Assembly: GCA_013115125.1 (NCBI GenBank)
Contig: JABANN010000088.1
Span: 1 to 64,000, forward strand
Reading direction: 5' to 3'
DNA: 64,000 nt
Origin: Perkinsus olseni
Lineage: Eukaryota
Below the pieces are notes generated by a model, which was not told where the DNA came from, ran no database searches, and saw only the letters and a program-made list of their open reading frames with translations. This document shows, in pieces, positions 46,072 through 59,634 of the stretch (its first letter is position 1; every line of letters begins with the position of its first letter). A program made the position numbers and the translations under genes.

Positions 46072-49000
46072 TCAAGAAGCAAGTACGTGGGTGCCCTGCC
46101 GCTGCACCGGCTGGACACTCGAGCTCCGCGTCGGGACCGGCGTCCAAGTGCTCTGCCTCTGCGGCATGGGAGACATTCGGCCGAGATGGAAGTTCATGGG
46201 GCTGAACTCGGCGAAGGAATTGGGAAACGACGACGCCCCTTGCGGTATTGCTTGCAGCGCCTGATGGAGAGGACAGACTGTACGGTGATCCTTCCGTCCC
46301 TTACTGGTTGTGATTGTGCGTGCACGTTGCCGCGGCCGAGCTTCGGCCGAGAAGGCGTTTCTGAGGTGGTCGCTGATGGGACTACTGTAGGAGTCATGTT
46401 GCCACCTGGCAAGGGAGAGACACAATCTGAGCCCAGTGCCTAGCAAACCAGTACTGAAGGCAAAAGATGCGGCGTTGGCCGAAGTGTAGAGCTGCTGCCG
46501 CTTGCCGATTCCCTAATGAGAAGGTCCCTCCAAGGGAGTACGGGGACGGGCTGCTACTGTCGGTGGCGGCACTTTTGGTATCTTTTGACTCTGTGACATG
46601 CAGGGCGAGGTCTTGAAGTCAATCTGTGGGACCTGGCCAACCCGACAGGACGAAGCCTGGTGGCGAGCGAACAAGGATCGCGTTACGCTACGGACCTTCG
46701 GTGGTAGCCTTTGCGTAACTTCCTCGCACTTCAATTGCATTTGGTTCACTGTGCTTTTCAAGGTCTCCAGACTGAGCAAACAGAAGCATGAAAACGCCAA
46801 AGCCACCACAGGGAGGATATCAGCCCAAATCAGGGAGCGCAGCGCCTAGTCACTGCTCCCCTTCAGCTTGCTTACCGGAGGCTGCAGACACCGTTATCGA
46901 CTTCATAAGAACAGAATTGACCAATCCTGTGATGAACGCTGAGGAACTTACTCGCGCGCCATGCGGGCCATGGAGACCGTTTCTAGCGAGTTATCGATGC
47001 TCCTCGAGACACTCGGTGAGCTCTCAAATTCTCGCAATGATCGAGCTGAAGGTAATCTGTGCCGCGCCAGGCCAGAGGACAGTCCAACCTTCCGGCGTGG
47101 TCCTCGGCCAATCCTCGCTCTCCTGGTCCTCCTCCACTGTGAGCAGGTCGAGGTCCGTGTGAAGGCCAGCAGAGTGGACCGATATGGGGAAGACACCTGA
47201 TGCATCTAGCCATTGTCTCCACAATTGGTCGTTCGGTCGTACTCTCTCGCGGACGTCCTCGACTGGTCGGGGTGACCGTCGAAGGTGTTGCCTGAGAGCT
47301 CGCCGCCGCCAGACTCAATGACTTCACATTCAGATAGGCTCCTGTGATGGCATGACGACAATGCAACTGTCGTGATGACCCACCTCGGTCCTCCACCGAC
47401 GCGATGATGTGCCTGAACGCCAATGCTAGGCGGGAACCTGCAGTGCATGCGCTGGGAGACCATCAAGAGAGATCAGCAGCAGCGGCCCACGTCTCAAACC
47501 GGCAAGTAAAGTGTACAGGCGCTCGGCTCGGTGGCGGCGGCCTGAGGCGCGGAGCGATGCAGTGGAACTAGCAAGAGGGCTCCTTACAGACCACCACGGC
47601 TTTCCACCGCAACAGGGCAAGCTTAGTCAACCGATTCGCACTGGCGGCTATCAGCATGAACCACTTCCGACGGACTCTGATGAAGAGAACTCATCTCCAC
47701 TCAGAGAGCACCAATGCAGCCTCACTGCCGTGCTAGACGCTTCCTTAGCACGTAGTTGTACCAGGCCACCAAGGCACTGAAGGGCAGTGAGATTCCGACA
47801 GACGCCTCCTTCCCTTACCTCCTCCTTGTGGCTCGGAGCCTCGTCATTGCCAGTACATGTGCGCACATGCAGGAGTGCTGATAGGAGGCAGAGGTGAACT
47901 CGTCGGCTAGGTCGGTGACCTGTGAGAGGGGTTGGGTTGGCAAGGCCGTAGGAAAGCTGCCCACCTCCCTCTGGTAGCCTGAGGTGATTCGAGCAATCCT
48001 GCCATTGAGAACAGCTGTCCGCCAGGCGAGGAAGCACCTCATGATCCTGATCATGTTCAGCGCTCGCTACAGCAGACAACAGGCTCCGTACGTTGCTGTG
48101 TCGCACTTCTTGACGTAGCTAGAGGAGACAAATCGCCAAGCAGCAGCTCGGCGGGGCGTTTGGAACCCCAGCAGGTGGGGATGGCTGATGGGCATTCAAC
48201 ACTCCTGAGTCCCGCCAGGCGGCATTGAGTCTATGAACCAAAAGCGCTATCAGTTGACAGCAGCAGGAGGCTTGTCATGATGGTGATGCCGTGGGGGTGA
48301 GGAAGTCTGCCGTAGAGTGCTGCCCCGCCTTCTCGCAGTGGGACCCCATCTCCGTGAAGAAGGACCTCTGCAGTCTGAACAGGTTCTCAAGGTAGCCCTC
48401 CGTGCGGGGACGATGGCCTTCGGCGTTCAACGTCACCTGGTAAAGACCCCTCTCAAGCCCTCGTATCGAGCCGGTCACCTGAGCCTCCTGACTGAGGGCG
48501 TCGGTCGCAGCTGCAAAGTTGGCCTCTCCTTCTGCAACTTGGCGGGCCTGTTCGTATACCTCAGATGAGACCCTCCGCGACAAGGGCGCCAGGTCATCGG
48601 CCTCCCTCGAGTGCGCGGTCTGGAGGGACACGTGAGTGGACCTGTGTCAGCTGGTCTGCTGTGGAACGCAGCATGATGGTGACCTCCTCCGAAGCCTCTC
48701 AGCAATGGCGTGACGGCGTCTGTCGAGGCGATCTCTCATCTCCACCAGTGCCAGGTACTGTTGGTCCCTCTGATGCAGTCGGCGGAGGAGGTCGGCCAGC
48801 CCCCTGAGGTCCTCTTCAAGGGTGGCAGTGAAGGTGCGTATGGCTAAGACGACCATCTCCTTGCTCGCTGTGGCAGGTACTAGGCTAGACCTTTGCTGGT
48901 CGACTCCGAGGTGCTATTGGACACATCGCTGACGAACTTGAGCTTCCTCAGGGCATCCTTCCCGACAGTGACCTCGTCCTGCCTCGAGGCCTCTATCGGA

Positions 49001-49790
49001 GCATGGGTGGCGGTGTAGTCGGCAACAGCTTCATCTGAGAATCATCGAGTCCGGGCACTACTAATACCGTAGCCGTAGCCCTTTCACCGAGCCTAGATAT
49101 CTCCGCACGGTTCAGCAGCAGCGCATCTGTATGAGTGGCAAACCCTATTGCTATGCCCTTCAACACCCTCAATAACCTGAGGCGCCATAGAGGGATCAAA
49201 AAAGCTGGGCGTGGTGACCGTCCTTATCAGGATTGAGGGGGCTTGGCGACAGCTCTGTTGACTATCCTAGTCACACCGGCCCCCTCCACACCTTCGCTCG
49301 GCAACAGCAACTGCTCGCAGTGTTGCGAGAGGATCCTCGGGTATTGGGCTCGCTGCTGTCAATTCTCCCTCGTCATCATCATCGCTCGCCCGTCCACCGC
49401 CGGTACAATCTTGAGAGTCGGTGAAGACCTACCACTCCAGCCGATACTCACGACAGTGAGCTCGCGTGGCACATGACCGTCTGAAATCCCCCCTCACACT
49501 GGTTCCACTGTGCCACATGCTGGACAAACCCTCGGTGATGCTCCGCCGATAGCTGGCCCTCCGTCGTACACTCTCGGGGGAGTTGATATAACTGTGATGA
49601 GCGAGTGACGCCACAGTGGCAGCGACAACGTGTACTTGCTGATGGTGTTTGCGGTCTCGCTGACTGTATCAGAGATGTACTCTGTCCAGCCCTCCACAGC
49701 TGAGCCGAGCGGGCTGGGGTATCGGGGATCCGACGGCGAGCCCAGAGTAGTAGAACAGGACGTGGGCCTACCAAATGCCGTGTGATTTCA
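46072..49790 (-). CDS. Multi-exon hypothetical helical protein
   Basis: Series of minus-strand helical segments (EMVVLAIRTFTATLEEDLRGLADLLRRL; VYEQARQVAEGEANF) bounded by GT-AG. Ends uncertain. Confidence 0.4.
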
Positions 49791-49902
49791 TTAACTCAAC
49801 TCAAAGCCCTCAACAGTTGAACATAACATACTGATGGAAGTACTGGAAGACAACACTGAGGACTCGAAGGCAATTATCAAATGCATCACCCGGCGCGGCT
49901 CA

Positions 49903-50586
49903 TCAGTCGTCGAAGAGATCCTTCACCCGCTGTGCTTCCTCCTGCGTGATGCCCTTAGTGTAGGTAGGCTGGACAAATCTCGAGTACATCGGGTCCTCGG
50001 GCGGGACGACGTCACGGTCATCGAGGATGACGTACTTCTCCACCAGCTGTGGATGCTCCTTCATCCACGCTTTTATCTCATCCAGTCGGGAGGTATACAC
50101 CTGAGTCCAACTGACAGCCCAGTGGCTGATGAGACAAGACCTACTCTAGCGTTGCTCGCGCTATGATTCAGATGAGGGGCTCCTTTTGTCCGGCCTACAA
50201 CCACATCAAGCGGAAGCTCTGCTAGCCGACAAAAGGCGTAGGTGATGTAACTGAAGGAAGCTGCTGCCCCGAAGGCGGCGGTGGTGGTAGGGCTCACTCC
50301 TCGAAGCCACGCCAATAGGTCGTCCATACGACCTTGCATCCTGTCTGCTGTACTATCTCCCCGACACGCCGTACAAGGACCTGAGCTCTCCAGAATTGTC
50401 GTTCGAGCCTGGCCTCCAGTCGGAGCTTACCGTGTCGAAAACAACTTGGGGGCCGCCTTTCACTGTATTGAGCACACCATCGATATCCAGGAACAGAATC
50501 TTGTATGGAGGGGTCATGCTACTACTGTCTGCAGCAACAGTTGCACTCTGAGCCGCAACTTCGTGTGGAAAAGACTTCTCTGCCAT
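49903..50586 (-). CDS. HAD-superfamily phosphatase, 'Swiss Army Knife' RNA-repair-like family (4 exons)
   Basis: KILFLDIDGVLN (motif I); CKVVWTTYWR (motif II); VVGRT; SRLDEIKAWM...YVILDD (motif IV); GITQE. Confidence 0.85.
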
Positions 50587-50655
50587 TTAAATAGGGAATA
50601 AAAACTCAGCCTCTTCCCATAAAAGCACAGCAACTCAATACCAACTTTTTCACAA

Positions 50656-53600
50656 CTATTCATGCCCATGATCATCTTCATGGCCTATTTCATCGTGCAG
50701 GTCCAACTTGAACGCTCGAATGGCCGTCACAACAGCAGCGGCATTCCGAAGTGCACGCTCGAGTTTTTCCTTCGCCTCTGCTCGCTGTCGCTTCTCTCTC
50801 GTCAGTTCCTGAGGGAGAACGGGGGCTCTTCCTGCCCAGCCGCAATACACCAGCGGCCCGGTGGTTCCACAGACCTAGGACGGCACCGCAGAATTCGAGT
50901 AGCATCCTACTACCTCCTTCAAGGCTTGGTTGTTGGCAGCCTCGCTATCATGAGCTGTGATGAGGGCGGACAGCTTATCCCGTAAAGAGTGTATCTCAGC
51001 GTCATACACCTCTGGCAGCGCTGCCAGCTGCTCCTCCAGCTTCCGGCAGGCCTTGGATGCCTTCTCCCTGAAGGACACATCAGACGGCCTCCGGAGGGTG
51101 TAGTTACATCTCTGTCTGCAAAAGCTCCTTCAAGTCTTCATTCTCGAACAGCATACGGCGGTGCTTCACCTCCTCAGCCTTGGCCTTACGACGGAGGCCT
51201 TCTTCCTGTGAGGCAGAGGGAAATCATGTGGCGACGGATCATCCGAAGCTCCGCGAGGAGAATTCGATGGTGCGATAATGATAGACGCCCTACTACTTTC
51301 TTCTCGTTCTCTACTTTCTCTGACTCCATCTTCTGCATCAGCTTAGTGGTCTCAGCTGCCGCCGCAGCAATAGCGATGTCACTGTTGACGACCTTAGAAT
51401 GGTGACTATGATGAACGGTAATCGTCTCCACTGAGCTCACCTTCTCTTCCAAAACTTTGAGCTTTTCTCTCAACCTAACAGCCTCCTCGTCGTTATCTAT
51501 GACTGCCTTCAACTCAGCTATCTCGGCCTTCAATGTTGTTGCCGTGGACGAAGCCTCAGCCTCTCGCGACGCCAACAGAACCCTGAAGACTTGTGCTGCC
51601 CCATTGAGACCACTTGCAGGCGATAAACCCCGGGGTGAGGCAGAAACCCGGACTAACTTGAATTTTTGTCTCTCCGCTTTATGGGCGGCCTCGAGCAACT
51701 TTATTTGCTGGTGGATGGTGGCTCGCTCCTCCTCAACGCCGCGCTCCAGGGCCTCCATCTCCTCCGCCATCACTGCGTTCTCGGAGAACTGCGGAAGAGG
51801 AAAACGCCTGGTCCATGGCGATCAACGGCACTGATTCTGCACCATCTTAGCGACTGCAAAGGCCATCTTCCCCTCAGTGTCCGAGCGCTCCATAGAAGAC
51901 CTCTCAAGTTCGACGGTTAGCGAGGCTGTGAGTTTATCGAAGCCTCGCTGCTGTTCCAAGTTGAGCTCATCAGCTTTCTCGAGATCTTCTCGGAGTGCAG
52001 AAACCCTAATAATCGACATCACTATGATGCTCGCCCTCGCAGCAGCTCCCCTGTACTACATCATGTTGCGGTTATGGTCCTGGTGTCTCCACTCCTGCTC
52101 CTTTGCCGTCCATGAGGCCAACACTTCCGCCCTCTCTTCCTCTACCTCATCCTTGAACTTATCGAATCTGATCGTCCACTGTCCACAAGTGACGACGGAG
52201 CGGCGGGCGGTCATCATCACTCATTCGACAAGCTGTTGAACTGCTTCACCAAAGCCTCATAGGCCTGTTCCTTCGCATACAGGATGTCCGCCGTCTCCCT
52301 CTTGATGTCGTCCACGAGGAAGTCCTTATTCCGCAGCTGCATCTTCATAGTCCCTATCACCTTGTTTAGGCGTTGGATCTCAGCCTTCAAGGCCTCGACC
52401 TGACAACAGCGAAGCAATGAGCGAATCGCGGCCCTCTCTATGGCGTCCTCACTGTGATGTTCAGCTGCTCTATCTCCTCCTGCAACATGCGCAGCTTCCC
52501 AGCCGACGCCGCGTCCTTCTCGTATCGGTCCTTCAATGCCTTGTACCTGATGACCACTACAGTAGAGAGCACTACGGCTGCGGGCACTCTACTCTGCCAA
52601 TAGTCGCTGGTACTGTTCCTCCGCCTGCTCCAGTTTGTTCTCCATGTCTCGCTTAACCTGGTTGATTTGCCTCTCCAAACCCTGCCGCTCCTCCTCGAAG
52701 GCCGCCGCTATCTTGTCCATCTCGTCATGCAACGCCCTCAATCTGACGTCATTGCGTCCATCAGCGTGCGGTAGACGTCCACAGCAGTAGCAACAGTTAC
52801 TTGTCCTCAGCCTCTTCAAGAGTGGCAGCGACAGCCTGATGCTTGGACTTCCAATCTGCCATCTCCAACCGAAGGGCCGCTCTCTCCTTCACCCATGCCT
52901 CTCGCTCTGCCGCAGTACGAGAGAATACAACCGGACGACGGCCCTGTATCCTACCCTTATCGCGATCACAGAGAAGGCTTTCCACGCCTGCTCTCCAGCG
53001 CTCCCACTCCTCGGCTGCGTGCATCTTCGCCAACTCCAGACAGCCCATCAGTTCGGCGTAGTCCCGCTGATGCCATGCACTAGAAGGAGGAATGGACACA
53101 GCAGCCGGTAGTGAGGAGAGCATGGACCAACATCTTCTGCCTCCAGCCATGATCTCGACGCTCCATCTCTCGCTCTATTAGAGCCACCTTCCGAGCCTCC
53201 GCTGCCGTCCTAATCACGGCACGACGGAACCCTCATCTCCAGTGATAGCAGTAGGCATACTACCTCTCCTGCTCAGCCCTTATCTCAGAGTCCTTCCCAG
53301 CGAGCAACTCTAGTATTCGGTCGTACCTGTAGTAGCTCTATGATGGGGTGACACGACGAGTGTCACCCTACCCCTTCTCTTTCTCCCGGACTCGGTCATG
53401 CCACTGTCCCTCCAACACACGGTGGGACGCTCTCTCATCATCCACTTTCCTTCGAGCAGCTTCGACCTGAGCTCGCCACCGTCACGCGCCACATAATTCA
53501 ACTAGAGCTACCTCTTCCATCAGCGCTTGCATCCTCTTGTCCTTCTCGCCCACCACCGTCTCGAATTCCCCAACCACAGCCTCGAAGCGTTTCTGGAGGA

Positions 53601-55657
53601 CCAGATGAAGACTCCCCGGCACTCGCCTCCCTCGAACGCCTACAGCCTGCCACTTCAGTTTGTGGTCTAGCTCCTTAACTTCCTCCTTCAACTTCACCTT
53701 CTCGGTATCCTCCTCATTGCTTTTGTCCGCCTGTTGCGTCTGCAGTAGACCAGCTTCGGCACTGTTAGGCTATAGAGACTCCCGTGCTCACCTCCTCAAC
53801 CAGGGCCTTGAAGGCTAGGTCCTTACATACTAGCTTGCCCTCGAGGTCCTCAACAACAGCCGAGATCCTATCCACCACCATCATCAGTAACGCCTATTAT
53901 TATTCTAACACTTGTACCTCTGTATCTCCGCGTCCCTTGCCAGCAGTACCACTTTGTGCTCACCCTCCCTCTCAGCAGCCTTGGCCCGCTCCTGCTCAAC
54001 TTCACGCCGTACCGCACTGCGAAGATTCCAATACCCAATCTTTTCCACCAGCATGGTCGGTTCACCTAATCTCCTGCTCCATCTCAAGAACCCTCAAGCC
54101 ATGGCTTTTCTCCGCCTCCTTCCTCTCACTTTGGTACTTCTCATGCAAGGCACTGAGCTCAGATCGATGCCGTTCGGAATCCGCTAAGGCATCACGAGCT
54201 AGCTCCTCGTAACTGCCAAGATACGCTCCGCACAGAGAAGGATACTCCCACAGGATACCTAGCATCCTTCAACCTCAGCCGCTCCTTGTACTCGGCTAGC
54301 TCGACATGAACAGCATTATGACTGAGCTCTTTCTTCAATCCCTGTGGAGATGCGGTCCCTCGGAGACACCCAGTGTTCGACCACACCTCAATCTGAGCGT
54401 GAAGAGCTTCCGTTCGCTCAGCCTCCTCCTTGCGTAGCGCTGCTATCGTCCTCTCCCGCTCGGCAACTTCCTCTCCCAGCCGATGTATTCTAAGCACACA
54501 TACCGACCCAACTCCCGTCGACTGCAAGTAAGCCGACTCCGATACGTCACCCTACTCAGCGTCTCGAGCCCTGATCTCCATCTTCTTCTCCTCTCCCAAC
54601 TCCGTAGTCTCCTTCTTGGCCGACACAATCTCGTCCCGGCACTGGCCGATAGTGACCTCCAACTACAACGAGGCAAAGAGTGCCCACCACAGCGTTGAGT
54701 GGTGTAGCCGTGGGACGCGTTGGTTCCATGCTAGCGGATACGAAGGAGGCATCCCCACTGCACTGCGTCTGGCTGCACCTTGCTGATGGTTTCTTCCTTA
54801 TCCTCAATGCACTTCATCAATCTTTCCAGCTCTGTACGAGCGGCATCTCCTTCCGTCCGACGATGGTCTTTCTCTATGGACAAGTCTCGCTGACTGCTTT
54901 CCTCCAGGGACTTGTACCTAAACCCGTCTTATCGGATACGACGCTCAAGCGTGATCGAGAGCAGCCCAACTACCGTTCATTCGCTAGCTTGGCCTCTTTC
55001 CTGTGCATCTCATAGGCAACAGCAAGCTCCTTCTCCTGTCATACAATCAATCAACCTCATCACATTCTGCGTACTCTAGCCCGACCTTGGTCTTCAACGC
55101 CTCCCAGGCGCCTTGGCGACCTTGCTGAGCCACCTCGACCTGTTCCCTCAGCCACTTGCCCTCCTCTATCATACGGGATAGCCTGAGCAACGCAGTGGAG
55201 TGACTCCCTTCCGAGTCCTCCTACCCAGTGTTGGCACTGTCTAGCTGGGCCCTCAACTGCCACTGTATGCTCGTTGCCTGACAAGAGCCCCTCCCACAGT
55301 CACGATCCACTACTATAGCCGCGTGCCACGAACCTCCGACAGCTTCTTCTCTGCCTCCTTCCGCACGGCATTGAGCCTGGACACATACGTCTGACGCTGA
55401 TCCTTGAGAGAGCTCCCTATCCGTCCCATAGCGTAGATCATAGCCTAATCAAAGCCACGGGAAATACTCAAAACGATGACAAACAGCGGAAGTAGGCACC
55501 ATACGTTGCAGTGTTTATCCGAGAGGACATCCGTATTGCCGTCAATTGGTGGCAGGCGAGTAGTATGGCCGGAGTCACCGGCAGGAGGGTCCTCCATGCC
55601 CCTACTGCTGCTACTGAGAGAGCTCCTCGCAGAGGGGGTATCAGCAGTAAATGGCAT
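50656..55657 (-). CDS. Large intron-rich coiled-coil protein
   Basis: Many short E/K/R/L-rich heptad exons (VEALKAEIQRLNKVIG, LHDEMDKIAAAFEEERQGLERQINQ), ending ...HEDDHGHE*. Confidence 0.75.
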
Positions 55658-55820
55658 GCATTAATTATACTCAAGGTTCTGCTTTAACTAGCGGAGTCCC
55701 GAAGGGGCCCTTCCGGTGAGTAACTCAAGACGGTAGTCGCTAGAAAATCATGATCGTCATCACCGCCATGCCACATGCTGGCTTCATTCTATAAAGAAAC
55801 ATTCATGCAAGCGAGCATCC

Positions 55821-58800
55821 CTAGGCAGGGGGAGGCCGGTCGACAGCCCGGCTATGCTGCCGTGAAGGCAGCGGCGTCTGCACCACCGGATGCACGTACC
55901 TGGAGACCAAGGAGCTCGAGAGGTGACGACACCAGCAGTTCTACATCTCAGCGTCGAACGGAGTCTTTTGGCTGAGTGTCTCCTCCAGGGCTGCGCAGGT
56001 GTGATCAACGCGTATTGCTGCGGCGATGGACATGTCCTGATTTGGGCTGTGATGCCGCGATATCAGTAGCTGACCATAGGCGTAACTGCAGGCCAGGCTA
56101 CGCTCAGCAGAGGAGAGGGTGGGCGGCTCACGTTCCAATGGCCAGAGGGACGAGTAGGAAGGCCAACTTGGGTGAGCCCTGGGCCACGAACACAGCCGCC
56201 AGGGCGACGTGGGAGGAACAGACCGATACGATACTGCATTGGAAGAGGCGAAGCCAGATGTTACCTCCTGTCTCGTACTTGTGGGCATGCATGTATCTGG
56301 ATGAGGGCCCTTCATTGAGGGGGGAGGCGAGATAGGCGTGGGCCCACGAGGAGGAGGAGAAGCTTACGTGAACTGGTAGGTGTAGATGACCAAAGCTGTG
56401 CCGAAGTAGATGATACCCGGAATGAGGATCAAGGGTGATATGACCTGCAGGGCGGTGGAAGAGGCTGCCTCCGTTGTCCACTCACCATGTAGCTAGCGCA
56501 GATGAGGAAGGCGAAGCACATGTCCACGAGCTCAATAGCGTAGGGAACCTGATGATAATCTCCGGCTTCCGAGTGACGCTGCGAAAAGCAGGACTCTCAC
56601 GTGAGATAGGGGAGGGTCCTCTTCAGGATGACGGTATTTGCGCCAGAGCATAACAATGAGGTCACCCCCGCGTAGGAGTGTCCAGCCTAGGCCAAAGCCT
56701 ATCTGAGTTGGTCTAGCTTGCACGCATGCACATTGCAATAGTGATGATGACCTTAGCGACCAGCATTGTGACTAGGTAGATGCCAACACTAGCGATATCC
56801 TGTCCCATCGACCGGAGAGCATCTGCAGGACAGTGACCCGAGGAAGCGCAGGCCGGCAGCACTACTCTCGAGGGTGGTGCCAGCCATGTGGAAGATGCCC
56901 GGGAAGGACAGCCAGACTTCTCCAATCACAATCACATACCTGCAGAAGGTCGTGTCCAAGGCCCCAGGCAAAGAGCCACTTACACGGTGAGGAGCTGGAA
57001 TAGGAAGATCCGTCGGAGCACGGAGACGGTGACGGCGGAGCGAGTCTTCTGTCGTTCGTAGTTTACACATACCCATCTGCTTCACCACGCGTGAGAGGAT
57101 ACAAGTTGCGGCAACTACTAACCGGAAGATCCGTGGCAGGGCGACGACAAGGAGCAGCTGGAGGATGGTAGGGACATATAAAGCGGCGAGCTTGGTCCAG
57201 ATCTCAAAGCCACCTTCCTCGTCGGAACTGCACGCCCAGGGTAGGGCGAGGCCTACGAGAGACTCCTGCTGCTGTTCACCTCCACGTTGTGGTAAGCGTA
57301 CTCTGAATGGCCACCAGAGGCAGGGCGTATCCCAACGCCCAGATCCAGTATAGGGCCTTCGTTATACGTTGCCTGTGACAAGGCACAAGTATGGACCCTA
57401 GAGGACATGGAGGAAGCAGTACCTCTTGATGGCTTGCTGGGCAGGGAAGGTTATGTTGGGCCATATTATGTCAGTAGGACTCGGGGCACTACTCACAGCC
57501 CACTCGTCGGCAGTATCCGAGAGCCGCAGCTGAAGGGCCTATCACGAGAAAGCAAAGGAGTGGTATGACTATCATCGGTAAGCATGCCCGAGAGGGAACG
57601 CTCCTCCTTCTCCCCGCCTTACCATCTGTTTCAGTCGCATCGTCCTGAATGTGACGAAGGCAGTGCAATCTTTGGTGTGGGGTATATCGGAGTGGGGGGA
57701 GTTATCTCCATGTCCACCTTCCGACGTGGAAGCGCTGAAATCGTGTAGAAGGGTAGTTGGAGGAGGACCTCTATAGTAGTGAGGCTCAGAGAAGGACGAT
57801 GGTGGTAATCTGGGAGAGGCGTATAGAGAGCCCTCGCTCATGCAGAGGGCACGATCTGGGCACCTCGAGTTGGAGTGGCGATGATGCCTCGCCCTCGGAG
57901 ACGATGTGCCAGTCCATAGAGAGTCTGCATCGACACTGTCATCTCCATCGGGGTCAGAGTCCGCGGCGACAGGTATGAACGGCCTCTGAGTAGCTCATGC
58001 CCAGCACGATGATTGCATCACAGGCACCTCATCACACAGGCTCCCATCTGATGCATCTCCTCCCTCCTCGCTATCAGCAGTAGAGTTGTTGACGGTGTCT
58101 GGGAAAGACGGCATCATCATCTTCGTGACTCGAGGTGTCCTCTGCGGTGACTCTAGGCTGGCCGAGTTCCCGTTCCACAGCGCCCTTCTCAGGGTGCATA
58201 TCTTTTCCTAGCGGAGCGAAGCAGCAATTATCCTTTATAAGGCCCAGCGTCTCACGTCAAGGTCCTCCACGTGTCGTTTGAGAGTTTTCCGCGCCGAATT
58301 GGGCATCAGGACCCGGGGGCCCGACTGGCATTTGCTCAACACACTGCGGAGCCTAGTCTTGGCACGGAGGCCCGAGACGTCGTGACAGAAAGCGCATGCC
58401 TGGACCTGATGCGAGCTGGGATACTCCATAGAGACGACCAGGCACCCCACAGCATCCTCTCCCAGGATCTCAGCGAAGAACTGCCGGACTGCCCGCCGCG
58501 ACCTGTAGCGAGGCGGTATTCTCTCAACCATGATGGTGCCTGACGGGCGCTGAATAGAACAGGACCATGGACCTTGGGGCTACGCCTTTGCTGCCAGTCC
58601 TTGCCAGGCATTGATGTGACCCACGCTGAACGAACATGGGCGAAGAGCCGATATTCTCTCGAAAGGAGGAAGAGGAATAGCCTGAGAGATGGCCTCTGCT
58701 GTGGACATTTCTCAGGGATGGCGTACGCTGAGAGGATGTAGGCTGCCGCCACTGGGGACCAGAACCACTGAGAGCTCCGATCTAGGTTACTAAAGGACAG

Positions 58801-59528
58801 CAGGTTTACACCGTATACGAGGGAGTCATTCTCACCAGACCAGTACCTGCAAGTAGGTTCCTAGGTACTGCAGCTGCCTTGGCAAGAGGCACTCACATCG
58901 GGATCAAGGTGGCGAAGGAGAGGACAGCTGCCCAACAACAGAAAAGGAAACATGTTTGGCAGTACCGCAGGACCATGAATCTGAGTTCTCGGAGTAGAAG
59001 GCTTATCTAGGAGGAGGCTCATCTCACGCATCGGGGCCGATCCACGGCAGGAGATCGTACTTTCGCAGAGTAAACCAGCTGTGGAGTATCTTAGGTTGAA
59101 GCTGGCAGCAAGAAAAATAACGTCGGCCCACTACAGTAGGGAAGGGCCATATCTTGGGAGGGTGGTCGCCTGGTTGAAGCATACTATTGCGTTCAATCTC
59201 CTTGGGATGCCAAAGATGCTGACAGTATCTGTTAGACCGTATGAGCTGGTCGAATGCTAACATAGGTGAGTACAGCTGTCTGCAGAACTTGTTCATCTTG
59301 AGTATTTCATAGACGATCCACTGGACCCACATGGCAATGCCACAGACCAGGCAAGTGAAGGCTACCTACTCATGCTGTCTTACCACATCGTGACAGCCCC
59401 GGAAGTACCTCAGACCCGTCCATGTGCTTATACAACCGATTCATGCTGGTTTCCTCGCCAGAGACATCATCCGCGCAGAGCCTCAATTTGTCCCCCAGCC
59501 CTCCCAGTCGTCGCACGAGACGGCCCAT
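55821..59528 (-). CDS. OSCA/TMEM63/CSC1 family mechanosensitive cation channel, multi-exon
   Basis: IGPDA|FMVLRYC; SFSNL...WSPVAAAY; SIMVERIP; TAFVTF; PSPTDIIWPNI; PLILIPGIIYF; YETGGNIW; YVHP near the C-terminus. Confidence 0.87.
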
Positions 59529-59634
59529 GCTGCACTACTCCTGCTGCTGCCAGACGATGAGGCAGCCGTCAACAGCTGCTGCCTCCGCCAACCCAACGAT
59601 CATGACTCTCCGAAAGGGCAAGTATTGCAGCATG

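Noticed and set aside
49066-49085. Spliced-leader relic (accgtagcc...)
   Set aside because: Only 9 nt match, antisense within a coding exon (ATATV). No SL-like 22-mer was seen anywhere.
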